Source: an uncultured Acidobacteriaceae bacterium | GTDB taxonomy: Bacteria; Acidobacteriota; Terriglobia; Terriglobales; Acidobacteriaceae | Assembly: GCA_963785825.1 (NCBI GenBank) | Contig: CAWAWQ010000002.1 | Span: forward strand, 242,192-306,191 | Direction of reading: 5' to 3' | Length of the DNA stretch: 64,000 nt | Part shown: positions 46,687 through 55,130 of the stretch, in pieces | Layout of the letters: every line of letters begins with the position of its first letter | How positions within the stretch are numbered: the first letter of the stretch is position 1 | Position numbers and translations under genes: made by a program | The notes under the pieces: model-generated | What the model was told of the DNA's origin: nothing | Seen by the model: the letters and a program-made list of their open reading frames with translations, nothing else | Databases searched by the model: none

Positions 46687-49079
46687 CACTCCATTCTTGC
46701 CGCCGGATCGTAATCCGCCGCGCTCTCCAGGTCCGACGGACCGGTACTGTAGCGCTCCATTACGGTGCTCAAGGTCTCGGAGAATCCTCCCAGCGTTCCC
46801 GACGTAAACAGCGTGTCATTGGACGGCATGATGAGTTGCGGATCTCCCGCTCCGGTCGCGCCCGTAATCTGCACCAGTTGGGTATGCTCATCGCCGCCGG
46901 AGAGTAGTCCCAGTCGCGAGATGTCGTAACCCGGTACCAGCCGTTGTATTTCGTCGAGCATAGCCGTGGGATCGTACGGACTCATTTTCGGCTCGAGGTT
47001 GTGACTCGCCAGCCAAACAGCATGGCGGTCTGACTCGCCCGACTGCGCCCCGCGCGTCTGTCCCATGTCGGCGCGCGTTCCTCGGCCGCCGAAGGGCACC
47101 AGCTTGTGCACGTCGTATCCCATGGCGGCGGCGATCCGGATGATGCATTCGAAATCGTTGCGCACCCCGGCAAACTCTCCCGCCTTCTTCAACATCTGCA
47201 GGTCACCGCAGGTGTTGGTAAAGGTGCCGCTCTTTTCGTAGGCATTAGCGACGGGCAATACGACGTCGGCGATGCGCGCCGTCTCAGTCAGGAACATGTC
47301 CTGCACAATGACGAAGCTCTTCGAGAGAGCAAAAGGATCTATGTTGTAGCGTGCAACGGGATTGGATCCGACGACATAAAGCGCCTTCAACTTGCCTTCT
47401 TTTGCGGCGTCCATCATCTGCAGCAAGTTAAGGCCGGGTTGTTTTGGAATCTCGTCCAGCCATTCTTCGTGGAAGCTGGTGGCGCTCGATACCGGTGCAT
47501 AACCCGGCAGCATGTCGGGATAAAGTCCCATATCGGCAGCGCCGCGCGAATTGGCGTAATCGCCCAGGCAGATAAACTTCGCGCTTTGGGCTAGCCCGAA
47601 ATCGACCAGCGCTTTGACGCTATCGCCGCGCAGCTCGGCGCCGAAGATGATGACCAAGTCCTTCTCGTTCTTCAGCGCGTCGCGCATTTGGGTAAGCGCG
47701 TCACGATCGAGCTCTGCGGAAAGCACGGCATCGGCTGCACTGTCGTTACCGGCAAGAAATTGCGCGAAGTTCCCCTCGGAGCCGGGCGCAATTTGCGCAA
47801 ACGCCGCCGCCTGGCGGCGCAGTTTGATGGGCGAGGAATTCACCACATAGAGCTTGGCGCGATGCAGGCGAACGTTGCTGCGGATCTGCCACGCCAGCAG
47901 CGGATGCTGATTGGTCGCATCATTGCCGATCAGCAGGATTGTCGGCGCATTGAATACATCGCGCATGGACGCAGTGGCCTTCGACTTGCCGGCCAGCGCA
48001 GAAGCAAACGCGGAGAAATCCGCGGTGCGGTGGTGGTCGATGTTGTTCGTCGCCAGCACCAGACGCGCGAATTTCTGCAGTAGATAGTTTTCTTCGTTGC
48101 TGGCGTGGTTGGAACCGATCACGCCCACCGCGCTTGGGCCATCGCTGGTCAGCACGTCCTGGAAGTTTTTCGCGATCAACTCGAAGGCCTGCTCCCAGGT
48201 CGCTGAAACAAATTTGCCGTCGCGCTTGATCAGCGGTTGTGTCAGGCGGTCCGGGTGGTTGGCAAAATCGAAGGCATAGCGGCCCTTGATGCAAAGAAAG
48301 TCACCGTTGATGCCGCTCTTATCGCGATTGTCGCCGCGCACAATCTGCATGCCGGTATCAGCCCGGCGCACGCCGAGCGTCGTTTTGCAGCCGTCTCCGC
48401 AGTGGGTGCAGACGGTGCCCACATGCTTCATCTCCCAGGGCCGCGTCTTGTAACGGTAGGCCCCGGAGGTGAGCGCGCCGACCGGGCAGATGTCGATGCA
48501 CATGCCGCACTCTTCGCACTCCAGGTGATCTTCTTTGTTGGGCGCGATCACCGACCCGACATTGCGGTTCTGGATACCGAGCGCCCACACATCCATACCT
48601 TCGCCGCAGACGCGAATGCAGCGATAGCAGAGAATGCAGCGCGGACGATCGAAGTACACCACCGGCGACCATTGCTGCTCCTCGCGGTGGTTCTTCAGGT
48701 CCATGAACTTCGACTCGGCGGCGCCGTATTTGAAGGTCATGTCCTGCAGTTCGCACTCGCCTCCGGCGTCGCAGACCGGGCAATCGAGAGGGTGGTTGGC
48801 GAGCAGCAGCTCAAGCATCGACTTGCGCGCCTGCTTGATCTTCTCGCTCTCGGTGGTGACCACCATGCCCTCGGCAACCGGCGTGGTGCACGCCGTCTGC
48901 AGCTTGGGCATCTTTTCGATTTCCACCAGGCACATGCGGCAGGCGCCCTGCAAGGATAGGTTGGGGTAATAGCAGAAAGATGGCACCTCGATCCCGGTGC
49001 TCTTGCAGGCTTCGATGAGCAGCGTTCCCGCGGGAACGGTGAGTTTCTTGCCGTCGACAGTGAGAGTTACGTCAGCCAT
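46686..49079 (-). CDS. nuoG: NADH-quinone oxidoreductase subunit G
   Basis: 797 aa. Has an N-terminal 2Fe-2S 'CYYPNLSLQGACRMC', 4Fe-4S Cys clusters and a molybdopterin-oxidoreductase-like domain. Confidence 0.9.
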   Translation of the reverse strand: MADVTLTVDGKKLTVPAGTLLIEACKSTGIEVPSFCYYPNLSLQGACRMCLVEIEKMPKLQTACTTPVAEGMVVTTESEKIKQARKSMLELLLANHPLDCPVCDAGGECELQDMTFKYGAAESKFMDLKNHREEQQWSPVVYFDRPRCILCYRCIRVCGEGMDVWALGIQNRNVGSVIAPNKEDHLECEECGMCIDICPVGALTSGAYRYKTRPWEMKHVGTVCTHCGDGCKTTLGVRRADTGMQIVRGDNRDKSGINGDFLCIKGRYAFDFANHPDRLTQPLIKRDGKFVSATWEQAFELIAKNFQDVLTSDGPSAVGVIGSNHASNEENYLLQKFARLVLATNNIDHHRTADFSAFASALAGKSKATASMRDVFNAPTILLIGNDATNQHPLLAWQIRSNVRLHRAKLYVVNSSPIKLRRQAAAFAQIAPGSEGNFAQFLAGNDSAADAVLSAELDRDALTQMRDALKNEKDLVIIFGAELRGDSVKALVDFGLAQSAKFICLGDYANSRGAADMGLYPDMLPGYAPVSSATSFHEEWLDEIPKQPGLNLLQMMDAAKEGKLKALYVVGSNPVARYNIDPFALSKSFVIVQDMFLTETARIADVVLPVANAYEKSGTFTNTCGDLQMLKKAGEFAGVRNDFECIIRIAAAMGYDVHKLVPFGGRGTRADMGQTRGAQSGESDRHAVWLASHNLEPKMSPYDPTAMLDEIQRLVPGYDISRLGLLSGGDEHTQLVQITGATGAGDPQLIMPSNDTLFTSGTLGGFSETLSTVMERYSTGPSDLESAADYDPAARME

Positions 49080-49085
49080 AAAAAC

Positions 49086-49134
49086 CGCTATTCGCTGTTC
49101 GCCTTTCGCTATTGGCTTTTAGCTCTTAGCAACA
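49086..49134. repeat. Heptamer array CGCTATT CGCTGTT CGCCTTT CGCTATT GGCTTTT AGCTCTT AGCAACA
   Basis: Starts 7 nt upstream of the nuoG start codon. Confidence 0.75.
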
Positions 49135-49147
49135 AAACCAAAACTTC

Positions 49148-49200
49148 TGTCATCCTGAGCCAGCCAGCACGCCGTTCGCGCTGGCGAGTCGAAGGACCCC
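49148..49200 (+). repeat. MITE-like hairpin element, 'GTCATCCTGAGC...GAAGGACCCC' family
   Basis: Sequence is tgtcatcctgagccagccagcacgccgttcgcgctggcgagtcgaaggacccc. Confidence 0.7.
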
Positions 49201-49234
49201 TATACGGTTCGGCTCAGTGACTCGCAACATAAGG

Positions 49235-49388
49235 TTGTCATCTCGACCGAGGACTTTAGTCCGAGCGGAGAGACCCGCATTTCGTGCCGTCCCTACGGGA
49301 CTCGGGCCTTATTTATCCGCGTACCCAGCACTCCGCTTCGCTCCGCGCCGGGCTATCATGTCGCCGTCCCACCGAGCGGGACTCTATT
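49235..49388 (+). repeat. Composite repeat: 'GTCATCTCGACCG...GAGAGACCCGCATTTCGTGCCGTCC' unit plus GCCGTCCC..GGGACTC hairpin modules
   Basis: The first part parallels 51958-52015. The second part carries two related hairpins (gtgccgtccctacgggactcgg and cgccgtcccaccgagcgggactc). Confidence 0.6.
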
Positions 49389-49476
49389 CTTGAGTCGCAA
49401 TCGTTTTTCGCATCCCGAAATCTCACCGCACCTCAATCCCACTGGGGAGGCGCCGCGCCCGACTTTGACTGGCTTC

Positions 49477-49527
49477 TGGTCACTGATTGTCACTGACGCG
49501 TCACTAGCCACTATCCAGTGACCACTG
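49477..49527. repeat. Irregular GTCACT(G/A) short tandem repeats at the nuoF stop
   Basis: Sequence is tggtcactgattgtcactgacgcgtcactagccactatccagtgaccactg. It overlaps the nuoF 3' end. Confidence 0.5.
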
Positions 49528-50830
49528 CTTCTTCCAATTCCGCCGTTTTCTCGTACGGACATGGCTTGCCGTCGAGGTGGTCCTCGAACTCCTGCCGGTA
49601 CTTCTGTATGTAGGAAATGATCGGCATCGCCGCCGCATCACCCAGAGGACAGAAAGTTCGTCCCAGCATGTTCTCCGCCAGGTACTTCAGATTGTCGATG
49701 TCTTTCATCACCCCGCCGCCCGAATGCATGCGGGTCAGCGTCTTCTTCATCCAGTCGGTGCCTTCGCGGCAGGGAATGCACCAGCCGCAGCTCTCGTGCT
49801 GATAAAACTGCGTGACCCGAAGCGCGAATTTGACGATGCACATCTGATCGTCGATCACGATCACGCCGCCGGAGCCCAGCATCGAGCCGGCCTTCAGCAC
49901 CGAGTCAAAGTCCATGGCAACGTCGATCTCGTCCGGCGTGAGAATCTGCACCGACGACCCGCCAGGGACGACACCTTTCAGGGTTTTCCCCTTCACCATG
50001 CCGCCGGAGACGTCATAAATCATCTTCTTTAGGTTGTAGCCCATGGGCAGTTCGTAAACGCCCGGTTTCTCCAGTTCGCCGCTCATACAAAACAGGCGCG
50101 TTCCTCCATTTCGCGGCGTTCCCAGGCTGGCGAACCACTCGCCGCCGCCGAGAATGATGTGCGGCACGCTGGCCAGCGTTTCGGCATTGTTGATGACGGT
50201 CGGTCCACCCCACAGTCCGACGACAGCCGGGAAGGGAGGCCGAATACGCGGCACGCCGCGCTTGCCTTCGAGCGACTCCATGAGCGCCGACTCTTCACCT
50301 ACCTCGTAGGCGCCGGCGCCGGAGTGGGTGAAGATGTCGAGATCGACGCCCGAGCCGAAGATGTTCTTGCCGATGAAGCCGCGGGCGTAGGCCTCGGCGA
50401 CCGCCTTCTCCATGATCTCCAGTAGGTAACGGTACTCACCGCGCAGATAGATGTAGCCGGATTTTGCGCCCACCGCCAGCGCTGCAATCATTACGCCTTC
50501 GATCACCGCGTGCGGATCATGCTCGAAAATGAGCCGGTCTTTGCAGGTGCCGGGCTCGCTTTCGTCGCCATTGCACAGCACGTACTTCGGCTTGGGCGAC
50601 TGCTTGGGAACAAACGACCACTTCATCCCGGTGGGGAAGCCCGCGCCGCCCCGACCGCGCAGGTTCGACGCTTTCACCTCGTTGATGATGGCGTCTGGCT
50701 GCATGGTGAGCGCCTTCTGCACCGCCTTGTAGCCTTCCAGTTCCAGATAGCGGTCAAGGTTGGTCGCACCCTTACCAAACCGCTTGGAGACGACCTTTAC
50801 TTCATCGGGATGGGAAACGAGATAAGCCAT
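49511..50830 (-). CDS. nuoF: NADH-quinone oxidoreductase subunit F
   Basis: Contains 'GRGGAGFPTGMKW', 'CNGDESEPGTCKDR' and 'ESCGWCIPCREG'. The likely start is the ATG at 50830 (MAYLVSHPDE), since the track start is a TTG inside the repeat array. Confidence 0.93.
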   Translation of the reverse strand: MAYLVSHPDEVKVVSKRFGKGATNLDRYLELEGYKAVQKALTMQPDAIINEVKASNLRGRGGAGFPTGMKWSFVPKQSPKPKYVLCNGDESEPGTCKDRLIFEHDPHAVIEGVMIAALAVGAKSGYIYLRGEYRYLLEIMEKAVAEAYARGFIGKNIFGSGVDLDIFTHSGAGAYEVGEESALMESLEGKRGVPRIRPPFPAVVGLWGGPTVINNAETLASVPHIILGGGEWFASLGTPRNGGTRLFCMSGELEKPGVYELPMGYNLKKMIYDVSGGMVKGKTLKGVVPGGSSVQILTPDEIDVAMDFDSVLKAGSMLGSGGVIVIDDQMCIVKFALRVTQFYQHESCGWCIPCREGTDWMKKTLTRMHSGGGVMKDIDNLKYLAENMLGRTFCPLGDAAAMPIISYIQKYRQEFEDHLDGKPCPYEKTAELEEAVVTG

Positions 50831-50834
50831 AAAA

Positions 50835-50925
50835 GCAACTAGCAATTAGCGCTTGGCAATTGGCACTTGGCAATTAGCATTTGGCAATTAGCATTTGGCA
50901 CTTAGCATTTGGCACTTAGCCAAAG
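50835..50925. repeat. Heptamer array, ~13 units of RGCAMTT (AGCAATT/GGCACTT/AGCATTT)
   Basis: Sequence is AGCAACTAGCAATTAGCGCTTGGCAATTGGCACTTGGCAATTAGCATTTGGCAATTAGCATTTGGCACTTAGCATTTGGCACTTAGCC. It starts 5 nt upstream of the nuoF ATG. Confidence 0.85.
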
Positions 50926-51300
50926 ACGGATTTAAATCACACCTCCCAGTGTGGCGGTGGCAATTTCGATGTCTTCCCGGCGAAACAGGTGCGGTAGCTC
51001 TCTTACCACAATGGATTCCAAACTTACCCTGCCTCGCTGCTCTAAGCGGTAGCCATTCTCTCCTGCTAGTCAACAAACGATCCTGAATGAATCTGACAAG
51101 CGAGGTTAGCTCGGATTCGTGCCTCTGCCAATTTGCCAATCGTGCAGCCGCTCCGCCCCCCAGAACATCTAGCGTGTCGCGCCGACAGGCCTCCATTAAC
51201 GAGACCAGGCGCGCTAAGTCCCCCGATTCGGTGGTCCCCGTCATGCGGTCTTCGCCTTTTGCGTCCACATCTGTCGCTCAAGTGCTTCGCCGCTAAAAGC

Positions 51301-51370
51301 CCAACTGCTAACTGCCAAATGCCAAGTGCCAAGTGCCAAGTGCCAAGTGCCAGTTGCTATTGCTGCTCCT
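51301..51370. repeat. Heptamer array in opposite orientation (CCAAGTG x4 and variants)
   Basis: Sequence is CCAACTGCTAACTGCCAAATGCCAAGTGCCAAGTGCCAAGTGCCAAGTGCCAGTTGCTATTGC. It is the reverse-complement type of the 50835 array and overlaps the nuoE stop. Confidence 0.85.
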
Positions 51371-51839
51371 TCTTCTTCAGCCCCTCAATCAATTCGTCAA
51401 TCTTCTCCGGCGTCAGGTTCTCGACAAACTCGTAGTTCAGCATCATCGCCGGCGCCCAGGAGCAGGCTCCAATACATTCAACCTCTTCCAGATAAACCAG
51501 CCCATCCGCAGTGGTTTGCTTATTGTCTACCCCGAGCTTCTTCTTGCAGTGCTCAAAGATATCGTCCGCGCCACGCAAAAGGCAGCTCACGTTGGTGCAA
51601 ACCTGGAAGTTGTACTTCCCGATCGGGTGGGTGCGCAGCATCGAGTAGTAGCTGATGACGTTGCGCACTTCCAGGTCCGACAGCTCGATGCGGGATGCGA
51701 TCTCGTGAATCGCTTCCTCCGTCAGTGCCCCGATCTCGTCCTGGATGTAGAGCAGCATGGGAACGAGCACCGAGCGTTTGGTCGGATAATGCGTGACCAT
51801 GGTGGCGAAACGCTGTTCGAGTTGATCGGAGAATTTCAT
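51357..51839 (-). CDS. nuoE: NADH-quinone oxidoreductase subunit E
   Basis: Thioredoxin-like 2Fe-2S motifs 'QVCTNVSCLLRG' and 'EVECIGACSWAP'. The likely start is the ATG at 51839 (MKFSDQLEQ). Confidence 0.9.
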   Translation of the reverse strand: MKFSDQLEQRFATMVTHYPTKRSVLVPMLLYIQDEIGALTEEAIHEIASRIELSDLEVRNVISYYSMLRTHPIGKYNFQVCTNVSCLLRGADDIFEHCKKKLGVDNKQTTADGLVYLEEVECIGACSWAPAMMLNYEFVENLTPEKIDELIEGLKKKEQQ

Positions 51840-51845
51840 GAAATC

Positions 51846-51872
51846 AGCAGTTAGCAATTAGCAATTAGCCAA
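51846..51872. repeat. Short heptamer array (GCAGTTAGCAATTAGCAATTAGCC)
   Basis: Starts 7 nt upstream of the nuoE ATG. Confidence 0.65.
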
Positions 51873-51883
51873 ACCCAAAACCG

Positions 51884-51936
51884 GCGTCATCGTAAGTCAT
51901 GCGTGCGGCAGTTGCGCGTTGAAGTCGAAGGACCCC
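51884..51936 (+). repeat. MITE-like hairpin element, degenerate 'GTCATC...GAAGGACCCC' family
   Basis: Sequence is gcgtcatcgtaagtcatgcgtgcggcagttgcgcgttgaagtcgaaggacccc. Confidence 0.6.
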
Positions 51937-51957
51937 CCTACTTCGCCAAAACCCCAA

Positions 51958-52015
51958 GTGTCATCCCGACCGGCGGCTTCAGCCGGAGCGGAGGGACCTG
52001 CAGTTCGTGCCGTCC
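51958..52015 (+). repeat. MITE-like element 'GTCATCCCGACCG..CGGAGCGGAGGGACCTGCAGTTCGTGCCGTCC'
   Basis: Parallels 49235-49290. The internal hairpin is ccggcggcttcagccgg. Confidence 0.6.
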
Positions 52016-52032
52016 AGCAGAACTGCCTCTAC

Positions 52033-52530
52033 TCAAAATTCGCGCTTGGGTGCGGTCTGCTCTGGACCCAGCCGCCCCGCGAAAATTTCGGCGCGGGAAT
52101 AGTTCTCGGCTCGTATGGGCGATCCCGCCATCCGCCGCACCATGGCAATCTGCCCGATATGCGACAAAGCATCCGCCAGTGCGCCCTGAAACAGCCTCTC
52201 CGCCGCACACGCCAGTTGCTGCGAAGCCAAACAGTCGTCCAGCTCTTGCAGCGCCGCGTAAAACCGCCGCACCTCATCGCTCCACGGCAGCGGAGTCGAG
52301 TCATGCCACTCTTCCTTGCCGCGCGCCATCGATAGCGCCCAGTCCATCAGGTCCCCGATATGCGCCAGGATCTGTCCCGCCGTGCGCGTCGTCTCCGCAG
52401 GATGGAAATCGCCGAACTCAGGCGGCGCGCCGCGCAGCGCCTTGCCGCCGCGGTAGGCAATGGTCGCGAGCACATGGCGCAGGAATCCGCGCTTCTCGTC
52501 CGCGATGACGTTTTGTGTACACGTTGCCAT
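52033..52530 (-). CDS. DinB-superfamily (DUF664/YfiT-like) protein
   Basis: 165 aa predicted as a four-helix bundle with 'ILAHIGDLMDWAL' and 'ALSHIGQIAMVRRMAG' His motifs. Located between nuoD and nuoE. Confidence 0.7.
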   Translation of the reverse strand: MATCTQNVIADEKRGFLRHVLATIAYRGGKALRGAPPEFGDFHPAETTRTAGQILAHIGDLMDWALSMARGKEEWHDSTPLPWSDEVRRFYAALQELDDCLASQQLACAAERLFQGALADALSHIGQIAMVRRMAGSPIRAENYSRAEIFAGRLGPEQTAPKREF

Positions 52531-52547
52531 AATCGTCGCTTTAGAGA

Positions 52548-52673
52548 TCTGCCGTCCCTAGTCTGATTAAATACGACCGAAGTCCCTCAGGGGTTAAAGC
52601 CCAGGCTCATTTCAGGCACTTACGGACGGCCTGAAGGCTGTCCCCTTCAAACTTCGACCTGATCAGAGCTTTC
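52548..52673 (+). mobile_element. MITE-like element (TCTGATTAAGT family), uninterrupted copy
   Basis: Sequence is gtctgattaaatacgaccgaagtccctcaggggttaaagcccaggctcatttcaggcacttacggacggcctgaaggctgtccccttcaaacttcgacctgatcagagc. Confidence 0.75.
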
Positions 52674-52860
52674 CTAACACTTAGTGCCGGCCAGCGCTTT
52701 GATTCAACCGCAGCCTACAGCGACATGATTACCGCTGCCGCCGCTCTGCGGCCCTCCCGTTACTTCGCCACAGCGGGGGCTTACGCCCCCGCCTAAACCC
52801 ATCCCGCCGCGTTGCGGCTGGGCATTGCCCAAAGAAGCTGTAGCTAAAGAAACTATCTCT

Positions 52861-52903
52861 CAGTTGCTAGTCCGTTACTGCTAATTGCTAACTGCTAATT
52901 GCC
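52861..52903. repeat. Heptamer array (CAGTTGC TAGTCCG TTACTGC TAATTGC TAACTGC TAATTGC)
   Basis: Ends exactly at the nuoD stop codon (52904-52906). Confidence 0.7.
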
Positions 52904-54109
52904 TCACCGGTCGCAATCCCCCAGCACAATATCGATGCTGCCAATGGCGGCGACCACGTCCGCGATCAGGCGGCCTTCGCACATCTTGCGCAGTGTCTGC
53001 AGATTCGCGAATGACGGCGAGCGCATATGCACGCGGTACGGCTTCGCCGTGCCGTCGCTCACCACGTAGTAGCCCATCTCGCCGCGGGGCGACTCGATCG
53101 GCATGTACACCTCGCCTTCAGGTACGGTAAAGCCTTCGGTCACGATCTTAAAGTGATAGATGAGCGCCTCCATCTGCGTCTTCATCTTCTCGCGATCGGG
53201 GAGCACAACTTTGGGCGCATCGGCTTTCACGCGCCCTTCGGGCATGCCTTCCAGCGCCTGCATGGCGATCTTCTGCGACTCGCGCAGCTCGGCCACTCGG
53301 ATCATGTATCGTGCGTACACGTCGCCAGCGTTGGAGATGGGCACGTTAAACTTGAAATTCTCGTAGCCGCTATACGGCAGATCGCGGCGGAGATCGACAT
53401 CGATGCCGCTGCCGCGCAGCGTGGGCCCGGTGGCGCACAGCGCAATCGCATCTTCGCCCGAAATGTAAGCCACGCCCTTGGTGCGCTTCATCCAAATCGG
53501 ATTGCTGGTCAGCAGGCTCTCGTATTCATCGACATTGGCGGGAAAGCGGTCGAGAAACCTCTTGACCCGATCGAAGAAGCCCAGAGGCGGTTCCAGCGCC
53601 AGGCCGCCAATGCGGAAGTACGAAGTCATCATGCGCTGACCGCTGACCGCTTCGAACAGCCGCAGCACATCTTCACGCTCGCGGAAGCAGTACAGGAAGA
53701 CGGTCATGGCGCCAATGTCCAGGGCATGTGTGCCCAGCCACACCAGGTGCGAGTTGATGCGGGTCAGCTCGTTCAGCATCACCCGAATCCACTGCGCACG
53801 CGGCGGAATCTCCAGCCCCAGCAACTTCTCTACTGCCAGGCAGTAGGCGAGGTTGTTGGTCATGGGGCAGAGATAGTCGATACGGTCGGTGAGTGGCACG
53901 ACCTGCTGGTAGAACTTGGCTTCGCAGGTTTTCTCGATTCCGGTGTGCAGATACCCAATGTCGGGCATCAGGCGCACGATGGTCTCGCCATCGATCTCCA
54001 GCAGCAGCCGCAGGACACCATGGGTCGAGGGATGCTGCGGGCCCATGTTCAGGACCATCGTCTTGTCTTGCGACGGATCCAGCACCGGAGTGGGAGTCAT
54101 GTGAGCCAT
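52904..54109 (-). CDS. nuoD: NADH-quinone oxidoreductase subunit D
   Basis: 'VLNMGPQHPSTHGVLRL' and the C-terminal 'IDIVLGDCDR'. The ATG at 54109 lies 2 nt after the nuoC stop. Confidence 0.93.
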   Translation of the reverse strand: MAHMTPTPVLDPSQDKTMVLNMGPQHPSTHGVLRLLLEIDGETIVRLMPDIGYLHTGIEKTCEAKFYQQVVPLTDRIDYLCPMTNNLAYCLAVEKLLGLEIPPRAQWIRVMLNELTRINSHLVWLGTHALDIGAMTVFLYCFREREDVLRLFEAVSGQRMMTSYFRIGGLALEPPLGFFDRVKRFLDRFPANVDEYESLLTSNPIWMKRTKGVAYISGEDAIALCATGPTLRGSGIDVDLRRDLPYSGYENFKFNVPISNAGDVYARYMIRVAELRESQKIAMQALEGMPEGRVKADAPKVVLPDREKMKTQMEALIYHFKIVTEGFTVPEGEVYMPIESPRGEMGYYVVSDGTAKPYRVHMRSPSFANLQTLRKMCEGRLIADVVAAIGSIDIVLGDCDR

Positions 54110-54111
54110 GA

Positions 54112-54609
54112 TTAGCGATAGCCCTCGACGGGATAATCCTTGCGCAGCGGATGGCCTTCCCAATCGTCGGGCATCATGATGCGCGTCAGGTTGGGATGCT
54201 GGTCGAAGCGAACGCCGAACAGATCAAAAACTTCGCGTTCAAAGAAGTCGGCGCCCGGCCAGATAGGAGTCAGCGAATCGATATTGGGGTCTTCTCCCTG
54301 CAGGCGTACCTTCAACCGCAGGTACCTCTTATTGGGAATTGAGAAAAGCTGATAGACGACCTCGAAACGCGGCTCGCGTGGATACCAATCGACACAAGTG
54401 ATATCGGCCAGGGCGTTGTATTGCAGCTGCGGATCGTTTCTGAGCGCGAGGCACGCGTCGCGCAGAGCGATACGATCGACCCATATTGTGAGTTCGTTGC
54501 GATCGAACTTGGCGGCTGTGACGGCCACCGCCTTGTGGGCCAGCAACGCGGCCACTTCGGGGCGGTCCTTCAGTTGCTCGATATCAGTGATAGCCGGTCG
54601 AAGTCCCAT
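54112..54609 (-). CDS. nuoC: NADH-quinone oxidoreductase subunit C
   Basis: 165 aa with 'WPGADFFEREVFDLFGVRFDQHPNLTRIMMPDDWEGHPLRKDY'. The start overlaps the nuoA stop (TGATG). Confidence 0.9.
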   Translation of the reverse strand: MGLRPAITDIEQLKDRPEVAALLAHKAVAVTAAKFDRNELTIWVDRIALRDACLALRNDPQLQYNALADITCVDWYPREPRFEVVYQLFSIPNKRYLRLKVRLQGEDPNIDSLTPIWPGADFFEREVFDLFGVRFDQHPNLTRIMMPDDWEGHPLRKDYPVEGYR

Positions 54610-55016
54610 CAGAGCTTCTCCGCCTTGCCCTGCTTGTTCCAGTCGAGCACGCCCTTTTTCCAGACGTACCAGAAACCGGCGAGCAGGATGCCGATATAAA
54701 TCAACATTTCCCAAAACCAGAACATGCCTTGGCCGGTGGATTTCAGATTGCGCTGCACAATGGCCCAAGGATAGAGGAAGACGGCTTCGACATCGAACAG
54801 GATGAACAGCATCCCCACCAGGTAGAACTTCACCGTGAAGCGCTGGCGAGCGTTGCCGACCGGCTCCATGCCGCACTCATAGGGCGACATCTTGGAGGAA
54901 TTGTATTTATGCTGGCCGATAAAGTAGGAGAGCAGCACGATGGCGCAAGCGATGCCGCCGGCGACCAGAATGTGAATCAACAACGGCAAATATCGGGCGA
55001 AGTAGAAATCCGGCAT
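54609..55016 (-). CDS. nuoA: NADH-quinone oxidoreductase subunit A
   Basis: 135 aa from the ATG at 55016, with 'SPYECGMEP' and 'FILFDVEAVFLYPWA'. Confidence 0.9.
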   Translation of the reverse strand: MPDFYFARYLPLLIHILVAGGIACAIVLLSYFIGQHKYNSSKMSPYECGMEPVGNARQRFTVKFYLVGMLFILFDVEAVFLYPWAIVQRNLKSTGQGMFWFWEMLIYIGILLAGFWYVWKKGVLDWNKQGKAEKL

Positions 55017-55130
55017 GATTGCGCTAACGCTCAGAAAACAGCACGCAACAACGGGTAAACATTCGAGTTTAGATTTGCGTGGCGGACATGTCAACCGAGC
55101 GGGAGCAGCGATTCACGCGCAATTCACAAA

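Noticed and set aside
50835-51370. Possibility that the tandem arrays are CRISPR arrays
   Set aside because: The period is only 7 nt, there are no unique spacers, and no cas genes are in the window.
54609-55016. Hidden nuoB fused to nuoA or nuoC
   Set aside because: NuoA (135 aa) and NuoC (165 aa) have normal stand-alone lengths and contain no CCxxE/GxCP Fe-S motifs characteristic of NuoB.
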